From a virus: a stretch of 64,000 nucleotides of DNA. This document shows positions 1 to 12,600 of the stretch, piece by piece; positions within the stretch are counted from its first letter, which is position 1; every line of letters begins with the position of its first letter. The notes under the pieces are model-generated. The model worked only from the letters and a program-made list of their open reading frames with translations, ran no database searches and was not told the DNA's origin. Made by a program: the position numbers and the translations under genes. The stretch covers positions 15,311 to 79,310 of the IMG/VR virus record IMGVR_UViG_3300025727_000603. One strand, written 5' to 3'.

Positions 1-612
1 GGACCAGTTGGTGGTTTTGGAGCGGACCCTCGTAATGAGTTAAGAGCTCATTATGTAGGAATATATAGAAGTCTTCAGGGTATTGATGCTTCTGATAAAT
101 TGCCAGATCAGGGTTCTTTTAGACAATTGGGTATTATAAAAGATGTTGCATTAAATACTAGTAATCATGCAGACACTTTGCGCATTTCTAAACAAATGAT
201 ATTTGGTTCTAGCATCCCAGCCTCAATAGTTGCAGGTATGCAGATAAAACAAACAATAACCACTACATCAGGTGGTGCTATAGTTAATCAGGCAGTAGGT
301 TATGTAGATGAAGTTATATCAGACGTAACTGCTGCTACATATTATATTTCTTATCATCAAACTGACGATTTAGGATTGCAACCATTCAGGCCCGAAAGTG
401 CAACTGAGTCAGTGAGTTGGTATACCAGATCTGTTCTTCAAGAAGGTGGTTACGGGGAACAAACATTAGTATCAGCGGTACCCGTTTTATCATCTATAGC
501 TGATTCGGAGGTAATAACAGATTCTGGTGATGTTATTTTTCTAGAAAATAGACATAAAGTTACTCGTACTAATGAACAGACAGAAAGAATTAAAATAGTA
601 ATAGAACTATAA
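1..612 (+). CDS. gp8: T4-like baseplate wedge subunit gp8, C-terminal part (5' end lies outside the window)
   Basis: Frame 1 is open from base 1 (GPVGGFGADPRNELRAHYVG...FRQLGIIKD) into the listed ORF. It ends SGDVIFLENRHKVTRTNEQTERIKIVIEL, the typical gp8 C-terminus of marine T4-like phages. Confidence 0.85.
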   Translation, partial: GPVGGFGADPRNELRAHYVGIYRSLQGIDASDKLPDQGSFRQLGIIKDVALNTSNHADTLRISKQMIFGSSIPASIVAGMQIKQTITTTSGGAIVNQAVGYVDEVISDVTAATYYISYHQTDDLGLQPFRPESATESVSWYTRSVLQEGGYGEQTLVSAVPVLSSIADSEVITDSGDVIFLENRHKVTRTNEQTERIKIVIEL

Positions 613-630
613 AAAATTAAGGATTAAAGA

Positions 631-3600
631 ATGTCAATCAATTTTAATGTACCACCCTATTTCGATGATTTTGAATCAGTTTCTGAATTTGACGGATCCG
701 ACGGTTTATCCCCAAAAGATAAATATCATAAATTACTATTCAGACCATCATATGCAGTTCAGGCACGGGAATTAACACAGCTCCAATCTGTTCTTCAAAA
801 CCAAATCACTAATCTTGGACATCATTTATTTGTAGAAGGGTCCTTAGTAATACCCGGTGATGTATCATTCTCTAATGATATAGACTATATTAAAGTTGAG
901 ATGGGGTCTATTCCGGACGTTAATGCAGATATAAATTATATAATGTCAAATCTGGATGACTCAGATTCTACTGGCCTTAAAGGAAAGTACTTAGTCCGTG
1001 CTATCGACCTTGACTTGACCGGAAATATAACTCTCCCAGAACCTACATTATCAGCTAAAATTTTAAAAGTAGTACCTGCTATAGGTACTGCTCCGGCTGT
1101 ACTATACATTCAATATTATGCAGCCTCTGCAGAGAAAACTGTAGATACTGGAGTTAATGTTAATGTTAATAAATTTAGGCCGTCTGATGAGCTTAAAGTT
1201 ATTGATAAAATGCCTTCAGTTTATGGTAGTAATAGTAATAGTAACCCGTCTCCAACTAGTCTGACACTTCAATTTCATCAGGCTGTACTAAAGATTCCGT
1301 CTGAATTAAAACAATCTGCTATTGGTAAAGCGTCCCTAGCATTTGTTGAAAAAGGTGTTTATTTTATAAAAGGTAACTTTGTACAGGTTCAAAATTCAAC
1401 ACTTATAGTTGCTCCTTTCTCAACTTCGGCATCTGCAGATATTGGATTTAGAATTAAAGAATCTGTTATATCTTCTGCAGAAGATCCTACATTAAGTGAT
1501 AATGCTACAGGATCACCTAACTTTGCGGCACCTGGGGCACACCGATATGAAATAAAAACAGAACTTATTGCTCTTGATATTAATACAGATATTGAAGGGA
1601 CTGATGACGATTTCCTTTTGCTTTGTAGGGTAGATGAATCCGCTGTTAAATGGAAAGTTAAGAGAACTGATTATAATATTATAGAAGATGAATTTGCTCG
1701 AAGAACGTTTGACGAGTCGGGTAACTATACAGTAAGACCCTTTCATATTGATATAACAGAAGATAGAGACAATGTAGATTTATTTCAAGCCCAGCTAGAG
1801 CCATCAAAGGCATATGTACAGGGATACGAAATTGAAACATTATCCTCTATAAGTGTTCCTATTGAAAAGGCGAGAAGAGCTGAGGATACAGATGCAAAAG
1901 AGTCCGTTACAGTATCTATAGGTGTAGGTAATTATATACTTGTATCACCTAGAGATTTTTCTAGTCTTCTTTCTTCTGGTATAGTACCACCTATAGATAC
2001 TTTTGCTAGAGTCGACTTAAAGAACTTTGATAACTCAACTATAGGGTATACTAGAATTAGATCTGTAACTCGTGTTTCACCTGGATATACTCATGACGAC
2101 CAGGGTGTTATTATCCGTGATACATCTTTGGATATTTATAAAGTATATCTATTTGATGTATTTCTTAATGAATTTCAAAATTTTTCTTCTGTAGCTTCAT
2201 TGTTATACTCATCGAATAATCACACATTTGATGTAAAATTGGTATCAACCCCTGCCGTTATAAAGGAAACTGATAAAAATTCACTTGTATATAAACTACC
2301 TTATGATCGTGTTAAAACATGCTCTATAGCTAAATTAAATACAACTGAAGAGGCAGATTATAATTACAGATTCAGAACTATTAAAATGTTTTCTCCTAAG
2401 CATGGAAATGGTAACTTTATTAATGCTACTGTTAATAATACGGAAACTGAATCTTTCGGTGCATTTAACCAATCTGATTGGATTCTTGAAAAGTTCATCC
2501 AGTCTGCAGGCACTACAATTATACCACTTACGTCAGCTATGGTAGGAGCAGCTGTTAGTGGGGATATGACATCAATTGCAATTGATTTATCATCATGGTC
2601 TGGAGTTGTTGGAGGTGGAAAATATAGATTAACTGCACCTGTAGACTCCACAGCTATACATAGAACTAAGGAAGTACGTGATATTGAATCTGAAAGATGG
2701 GTTTATGACCAGTACGTTACTGCTGACAGTACTGCATATAATTCTGCACACCATTATGATGTTATTACACTAGCTAAAAACGACGTATTTAAAATTAATT
2801 TTGTTAAAGAATATATCGGTGACGGTGATTTAGGCGAAACCGGCACCGCAATTTATATACAAAACAATCCGGAACAATTTAAAGATATCACAGAGCATTA
2901 TATACTAGATACTGGGATGACTGATAATTATTATGACAATTCTAAACTTCGTTTAAGGTCTGATTCAGATTATATACCTTCAAATGATATATTCTGTTCT
3001 TATAAATATTTTCATCACTACCCTGGTGATTTCTTTTCTATAGATTCGTACCCTCCAGAAATGTATGATGATATTCCTGTATTTAATTCGGATAATCAGG
3101 GTAAATTAATAGAATTAAGATCCTCTATAGATTTTAGACAATCTAAAGATATTGAAAGTAACGTAGGTACATGTCCTCACCCTAATTCTAAATTCCAAAC
3201 TGATCTTGAGTATTATCTCCCAAGAAAGGATATTATAGTAGTTGATGCTAAAGGTGATTTTAGATGTATTAAAGGTGTTTCTTCCCTAACACCTACATTA
3301 CCTGAGACTCCATCTAATTCAATGGTTCTATATAATTTACATCTTCAGGCATATACTTTTACTCCGTCCGAAATTCAATATGAAATGATTGACAACAAAC
3401 GCTATACAATGCGGGACATTGGTAAAATACAAAAAAGAGTAGATAATTTAGAATATTATACTTCCCTATCTCTCCTAGAATCGGAAGCTTCGAATAAAAT
3501 AGTAGTAGATTCTGAGGGATTTTTAAGATCTAAAGCAGGATTTGTTGTTGATTCATTTAAAAACCATTCAATAGGTAATACACTATCACCTGAATATAGA

Positions 3601-6600
3601 TGTGCGATTGACCGTAAAAGACGTACAATAAGACCTATCTTTCATGAGAATTCTATAGGGTTACAGTACGTCCCACCAACTTCTGAAATCAACCCTGCTG
3701 TATCAAGTCATGTTCAGAAAACAGGGGATCTTATTACACTTCCATGGTCTCCTGTAGAATTGTTCTCACAAGGGAAAGCCTCATCGACTATTAACATAAA
3801 CCCTTACGATGTATTTACATGGACAGGTTCTGTTAAACTTTCACCATCTCAAGATGACTGGAAAGATACAACTCATGTACCTGAATTAATAGTTAATCAG
3901 ACAGGTATATATGACGCCATGATGTCTATTATAGATGCGACAGATGCTCTTGGTACTGACTGGAATGAATGGGAGACAACTTTCTTTGGTTCCGAATCGA
4001 CTTCATGGGTATCTGCATCAGGACGTAATTGGCAAACAACTACTACTGAAACAAACACTACTGAAGATCAAGCAAGAGATGGTATTTTAACTGTTAATAA
4101 CCCTTTTGTTAATTATACAGAGCTAGGTGAGCGAGTAATAGAAATAGGGTTTGCTCCGTTTATAAGGGGTAGAAGAGTATCATTCTCTGCAGAGAGGCTT
4201 AAACCCAATACTATAATATATCCTTTTATTGATAATGTTAACATATCGGAATATGCTATTCGAGATAATGTATTTGTGGATTATTCATCTTCAGATGATG
4301 AGATTTTTAATCAAATGGTTGAAAATTATGGCGCACATCCATTTGATACTGAGAGACTGTCGCCAATGTTTTATCCAGATAAGCAGGACTCAGTTACTGG
4401 AAAAGGTACACACCCATATAGATATGATGCGAACTCTTTAGAAACTATTGCATGGAAATTGTACGGATTAAATGACGCACCAACATATGATAATATGTCA
4501 AATATGTATCCTAATACAGAATTAAAAACAGATGCTGCCGGTAGATTAACAGGGTCTTTTTGGTTTCCTAATGATGATGGTTTAAGGTTTAAAACCGGTA
4601 CTCGTACTTTCAGATTATCGGATTCACCTATTTCTGTAAATAGAGATGAAGAAACTACTTTTGCACAAACACAATATCACGCAAAAGGATTACTAGAAAC
4701 AAAGGAAAATTTGACAATAGCTACTAAACTTCCTATGTTATCACAGACACAGGTATTTGATGAAAGAACAATATATAATACTTCTAGAACAAACTCTACT
4801 AGATGGTGGGATCCTTTAGCTCAATCATTCCTAATAGATATTGATAAGCAACCACAAGGGGCTTTTATTACATCTATAGACTTATATTTTGCTAAAATAT
4901 CAGAAACTATACCAGTAGTTCTTCAGATTAGAGAAGTTATAGTAGGTCTTCCATCTGCTATTATTGTCCCACACTCAACCGTAACATTATATCCGTCTGA
5001 TATTAATGTAGATTCTAACCTAGGTCAGGCTGCTACTAAATTTGAATTTGAATCACCTGTCTATCTAGGGTCTGGTAAATCATACGCATTTGTTATTTTT
5101 GCTGATACTATCGATTATGAAGTCTGGATGGCGCGTACACAGGAAATAGATGTAGTTACTGATGCTGCTATTTCTAAAAATGTATTTGCGGGTGTATTAT
5201 TTAAATCACAGAACGGTTCGACATGGTCTCCTGACCATAACGCAGATCTTAAATTCGCTATACATCGTGCAAAATATGATATTTCACGACCAGGAAACCT
5301 AGTTTTAGTTAATAAAGAATTACCATTAAAAAGATTAAGAAATCATCCGTTCACAACTACTGAAACTAATGAGTTAAAAGTATATCATAAAAATCATGGT
5401 TTTGTTGAAAGTTCTTCTAGACAATCTTATGTTTCATTTTCTGGTATAGAGCGTAATCATCCTACTGAATCTCCGGAGACAGCTAATTTATATGGTATTG
5501 ATGCCAATAAAATTAATGCTATTTCTGAACACCCTTACTATGATGGATCAAACTTAGTCTCACCAACTGGTGCTGGAGTTTTCCCTGTATTTGATGTAAC
5601 ACAAGACGCATATTCTGTTAGACTTGGAATTGATGAAAATAATAGTGATGGTCGAACTCAATTTGGGATTGGTGGAGGAAAAACAATTGAAGCTTCTGAA
5701 AATTATGCATTCTCCACGTGGTATCATCATGCGGCTATAGTAAACCTACCAACTACTAATATAACTTGGGGGGTTAAAACTACTAACCTCGGGACTATTG
5801 GAGCTAACAATACAACGGTATATAGAAAATCAACTAACTATAAGGCCTATGTTCCGAATACTAACATACATGAACCTTTTCCGCAAGTTATAACCTCTAG
5901 AGAGAATCAATTACATAATGTTGATGTACACGATAACTTACCAAATAAATCGTTTGAGGTTATGGGACAACTAACATCTAATTCAGATTATGTCTCACCT
6001 TCTGTTGATATAGAACGATGTTCTGTAGTATGTATCCAGAATAGAATAGGTAACTTCACCGGATATGGTGAATTAACCTCAGTTAATTTTAACCCTACTA
6101 CACCAGAGTTAACAGGTCTAGGAAGGTTTAATGCAGGATTATATAAATTCGCTATTGACTCTAATAATGAAGCTAAAGGGGGTATACTTAACCTATCTAT
6201 TGAAGGAAAAGGCCCTATCTTATCTATAGACCATTTTATCTCAGCTTCTAATAAAACATTATTTGAGACAGATAAAGATTACTTAATGATAATAGAAAAC
6301 CCTTCTAGTTCTGATGCTACAAATGAAAATGTAGGAGTAATGAAGCTTAAGATTAACAAGTCAGATTCCGGAGCTGTAGTGTTTAATGATATTAAACTTA
6401 GCAGTGCTTCTACTCCTATTGCGGAATATGTTCCAGGTGTTTATGACTTTACAATTCTTGATAATAAGTCTAGATTTGGAGAGGCTACTCCTGATGCTAG
6501 TGGCCCAGGGCCTTACGGTTACGTTAATTTTAACTCTGGCTCTATGGATGTTGAATATGCAGCCAAAATAAGAGTAAGGGTAGATGCAGCCACATCAACA

Positions 6601-9600
6601 ATTGCCTGGACTGATGAAGATAATAACACAGTTGCAGATAATATTAAAGTCTTAGATAATGGCTCGTCTGATAATAAATTTCCTATAGGTACTGGTGTAG
6701 CACAGCCTGCAACCATTACACAAGATATTTCTTACTCACAGGCTCAAAAGTTAGGTATCCTATTTGATTCAGATAAAGCTTACGCACAGGATGAAACTAC
6801 TATAATATTTGCTAGTGGTAAATCGATAGCTTATAAGAGAAATGGCTCAAGTCTAAACACCAAGAATCTCCACCCAACCGAGCCACAGTATTGGGATCAA
6901 GTCCCAGGACAGGGGGTGCTGATTAATGTTACGGCCTCAAACACATTGTTTAAAAATACACCAAGTTCAACAGGAGTAGGTGCTAAATTTAAAATTAAAG
7001 ACTCGGGTTCGGGTATTGTTTCTGGTGAATATGTAGCGGATGTAGAACAAGTAAATGTATATAATATATTACCCATACCTCATGGGTCCACTACGGTACT
7101 TCTAAGGGAGTATACTCCTTATAATGAGAATTTGATGGGGACTAATGAAAAAGTGTCTTTACTGGTTAATCCAAATGCAACAGCAGATGAAGAGGGTAAT
7201 TTCGACTGGACTTTCAATTTAAAGGTAATAGTGAACTACCTGTATTCAGGAGCTTCAGGAGCGTCTAAAAGTGTCGGATTTAATATTAATGGTATTTCCA
7301 TGTCAGCTTTTAAGGATATACTTAAAGATGATCTGGGTCTGGACAGCATTCCGGCATTATCCGGTACTTATCCTAATGCTAGTTATAATACTTATGCTTT
7401 TAAAGAAGTCGCAAATAATCAATCAGATACTTTAACTACCTGGCTTAATGATCTTGTAGTAGATAGATGGCGATCTATACAAGCTTGGGCAATTTTATTA
7501 ACGGGCTCAGTAGACCTTTCTGACTCCTCTAATTTAACTGGTGACGGTGGATATATTGACCCTACTCTTTCAAACGGAGTGGCTGGAGATATTCTTAACA
7601 TACACATAGCTAACGTTAATGATCCATCAACTCTACAGCTTTCAAGTACAGGTACCTCGATATCTATGTCCACGGACAGTAACAGTAGTAAGATAGGCAT
7701 TTTTCTAGAAGATACTTGGAGCACAGCTGCGCACGGTACAACTGATCTTATATACTGGAATCTATCACCAGATGGACCTTACGAGTCTATACTGACTGAT
7801 TATTCTGGAACTCCCGATATAATGACACTATGGGCCGGCGGTACCGATGTTCGTATTGTTCTTAATGTATGTCAGGGTACACCATCAGCTGATAATGGAT
7901 GGGACAATGCAGATGCTGAGCATGAAGCAGGTAAAGTTAAAATTACCGTTAAATCAGACGCTTCACTAGAAGGAGCTGCACTTCTTAATGAAATCCAAAC
8001 GAATGCGTGGTCTAATGTTATGGGGTATAATGTGGTACCATTAGATAGTGACACTAACAAATGGTCATTTGACATTAATCAGTGGAAACATGTAAACGGT
8101 GGGGATACACATACTGTTACACTAAAACCACCCGAAGCAGTGACCGTTGACTTAGCTGAAGTGGGTATATGGGTTGATCCATATCTTGAACTCGGAAAGA
8201 TGGAACAAGATCTTGGTAATGAATCGAATCCTTCTGATAATAACATGCTCCAACCAGTAAAATGGAGATGGGGTTATGACAAATCCTACAATCCTACAAT
8301 TAATTATACTCAGATTGATGGAGATTTTGATGATAGCTTTACTAGTTTGATTCCTAACGGTTATTATTATAATTGTATGATACCAGCTTATAATGTAGTT
8401 CCTTTATATCAGGCGTCTGACATTACACCATTTTTTAATACTCATGCTCAACATTCCAATAGTGTCTATACCGGTCCTACTGGTATACCAATTAATGTAC
8501 CTATTACAAAGTCTACCTTAGGTTTAGGAAAAAAAGTTAATAATATCGATACAGAAGCTAATTGGTTAAAAGGACTGCTTAAATATAGTTTTAATCAGCA
8601 GCTGCAGCACTACACATTTACAAAATACGTCCCTTCTTCAACTAGGGTAGTTACTCAAGAAGATTTTACAAATGGAGCTGAATATATTGAAAAGACCTAT
8701 TCTGCAACAAATGCAACAACTGAAACAACGACTACAATTCCAATTACTGATTGGCAGAATGGAGTAACACGAACTGTACAGTCATATGAGTACGACTATA
8801 GTCCAGCATCAATTTCAGAAGGAGACATTGTATATTACCAAGATACTGATGAGAAAACGTTTTCGTTTTATGAATGTATAACTTCTCATGGTGATACCTC
8901 AATAGACAATAATTTAATTGACGGTCTCTTGAATGAGAATACGCACTGGCAAACAGTTTATGACTATAATATAGTACTTAATTTCCTAAATTATAATTTA
9001 ATTACATATACAGTAGTACCAGTAGAAGGTAAATTTCTAGCCTATGATAAGCTTAAAGTAAGAAAAGCACCTACTTCCTCTAACCTTTCATATGAATCTA
9101 AGGAAGTGAATGTACAAAGATTGAATTACAGTTTCTCTTCCGAAGGTTCGTTGGCAACTCCAACCTTTAGTGGATTATCACCAACATCAGAGAAACTATT
9201 ACAGCTCGAATATAATGGACAATTGGATACGGGTGGAAGTAACTGGAATACTGAACGATTTAGTAACGATGCAATTGCAGCCAATGATATCTTTGCTAAT
9301 CCTTCTATAATTAAAATACAATTAAAAAATTCACATCTTCCAAGTCATCATAGATTAAGAAAGATAGTTGCATCTCCGGGTGTACCTGATTACAATATTA
9401 TAATTAATGATAAAGTAACAGTATACGCAGATGCAGTTGAAGATACAGAAATGCCTACTCTCTATTATCAGGAAGGTATGTTTTTCTTAGAATCACCTGA
9501 TAACTCTAATAAGTTAACTTCGGAGAATAGAATAGACTTTTTACCTCCACAGTCACCATACACGGCCAAAACTACCGGACTCCCTGCTGATTATAACTCT

Positions 9601-12600
9601 TGCTTTTCGCTTCATACAAATGGGGAATCAGCATCGTCGGCTTTTAACACGCAAACAAATAGAGCTGCATTTACAGGAGATGCATATGGTATAGCTAAAA
9701 ATTTAAAAAATAACAACAGTTCAGACTTTCTTATCAATGAAGGAGATAATCGTATTCCGGATCTTCATGAATCAGGAACTATAAAACTAAGCCCATTAGA
9801 AGGAATAGAGGGTAATATAACACGTGATGGCTCTATTGTTCACTCAATAAATAGACCAAATGATGTAATGATAAATGCTGTAAATTATACTAAAGAAGAC
9901 TGTAGACTATATGATAACGGTCTTAGAGTAAATCTTCATCCTTATATAACTAACTTTGCGTTAAGGTCGTTTTTTCTTGAACTAAAGACTTCTAGTTTGA
10001 TTAATCACGTTGAAGATTGGCGAGCAAATCACGCCGACATTGCCGGATGGGAGGGCCTAGTAGATAATGAATATTATAGATATAATATAGACTCTGAATA
10101 CTATAACAATAAGATTACCGGTATACTTGGTAGTCTGGCAGCAAAAATTATTTTCCCTAAACTAGATGATAATGTAGACTCAGGTACAATAAACCACTAT
10201 CGTTCTGATGAGGGTAGTATTATTGGTGATGTAGCTATTGAAGAAAATTCTGAACAGACTAATATTGAATGGATGGCAGTAAGTTCAAATTTTGTTATTC
10301 CTGATGCTATATTAAGTTGTACAGGGACAATGCAATTTTGGGATAAAGCGGATTCTACGGCACCGGATACAATAACAACTGTTGACGGTTATTGGCCTCG
10401 TAAAGGGGACAATTATTCGAATATACATTCCGGTCGGCAAATTGAGTCATCTAAATACTTGTTTGATTGGAATAAACTAAAAGACGATGCGGCAAACATT
10501 AATATTAAATGGAATACTCATCAATACATAGAAGGGTTATACAATCAACCGGGTTTGTTACCTAATGATAGAAAATTATTAAGACGTGAATTCCCTTATA
10601 ATTATAACATATTACAGAATATTAACTCGACAACTAATCCGGTTGATTATAGTCAAACTAGATATTCTGAAGTTGATAATTTGGATAAGCTTATGTTATC
10701 TGCTTACTCAACTTTAGGATCTGGTGTATACGGACCACCGACGACCGGCAGCGGCAGAGCATGGACATTCGGAGATCAAGCATCAACGACATCAGTTGTG
10801 TTTAATGATATAGTAAAAATTGACCCATTAACATCTTGTACAAGCATATCTTATGTTAATGGGCCCCTCTCGATGGTTACTAGCTCTGATGGATCGGAAA
10901 CTAGCATTAGAATAAAGATACCCCATAATAAGATTCATAAATGGGTACACATGGCGTTGGCAAATCAATCAATAGCCAACAATACAGTAACAACTGCCTT
11001 TGATGCTAATAATAGTTCAATTCTACATAGACAATTACATAATCCTGAAATGTTTAATTTTAATTCATTCTTTACATTTGAAAGTTCAACGGAGTCATCA
11101 ACAATAACCTCAAAACTTATATATCTTAATGATGGTATGCGCGCGAGTGATGGTCTCAGTTCAGAATTTAATGTAATCTCTGGAACTGCCACTATTGGGG
11201 TTGAATATCGAATTTGGTATCCTAATGACTCTACAGGAGTCAGTGGTTTCAAAACATATGATTACCCAGACTGGTATGAGAATTCAGGTTGGGGAGTGGA
11301 TGATAACATTATTGTAGAGTTCTTAATACCATCAACACCAGGTGCTGATTTTATAAATTCATTAGTATCAGTTTCATTTACCCATTATCAGAATCTTCAT
11401 GTAGTTGCCCCCACTAGCACCGGTGCTAGTATTGCGGATTCCAGTAGCCAAGCTTGTGGATTTGGAGCACGGAGTATTATTTCATCTTCAACTGCGAGTA
11501 CTAACACCACCCTCACCGATCAATCAGATTACCATGGTAAATTCAAAGATGGTAACGGACTCTCATGGACAGATGAAAAATATAAACTAGAAGAGTATAG
11601 ACTATCCGATAATGCAACTGACTCTGATATTAAGGATAATACTACCACTTTATTATACTTACCAGTAGACAGTGGTGCAATCCTTAAAACAATTAATCAA
11701 TTTTCTGGAGTATCAACCTTAAAATTTACTGAGATTGGTAGTAACCCATATGAGTACTTTACAGGTATTATTACTAATATACAACTATCTCCCGCTAAAA
11801 CAGGGTTTGGGTATACAACTGCTACGGCTGTAGATTCTGGTGGTGCACAAATTCAAATAAAACCAAATTGGGGTAACATGATAAGTAGTGGTACCGCAGC
11901 TCCTAAAATATCATTTACTGCGTCCAACACGGGTGCTGTATCTATATTTGAAGTATATAAACCTGATAACGCTTCATCCGGCAATATTGTTTCAGGTCAG
12001 GATTCTATGGGTTATTGGGTAGGACAAAATTACAATATAGGGGAATTTGATGATCGACATTTAAGCGTTAATTGGCATTCAATTTATGATGTTAAGAATG
12101 CTGCCAACACAGGACTAAAATTTACTACTGATTCTGCAACTGAAAAGTCTTTACCATCTTTACAGTTTAGCGCAGACGGGACTAATGGTAAAATATCTAA
12201 AATTACAAGGAACACTCCGGCGAATGGAGTGGATAGTAGCTTCTATGTATGGAATCAGTCAGCTAGTAATAGTTCAGGGACATTTGGTCTTGGTATATGG
12301 GGTCTAACACTCAGTCTGGATGATAATACAAGTAAAACAATCAGGAATTCCGGTGTAACTAATCCCGATTTTGAAGTTGGAGAAAGCTCAATTGGAGCAT
12401 CTATAAGTGCTGTGCATATTTTAAAAACAGGATACGGATATGCTGGTAATATTAGTACCAGCTCAGCACTCACTCTGAACTCGTACATGGATTCTATAGC
12501 ACTACAAAAGATACTTAGTTTCGAAGATGCAGTTGCACAGGGAATGATATTGAATAGTAGTACTATTACTAATGTGACCTGGGATGCTGGAACGTGGTTA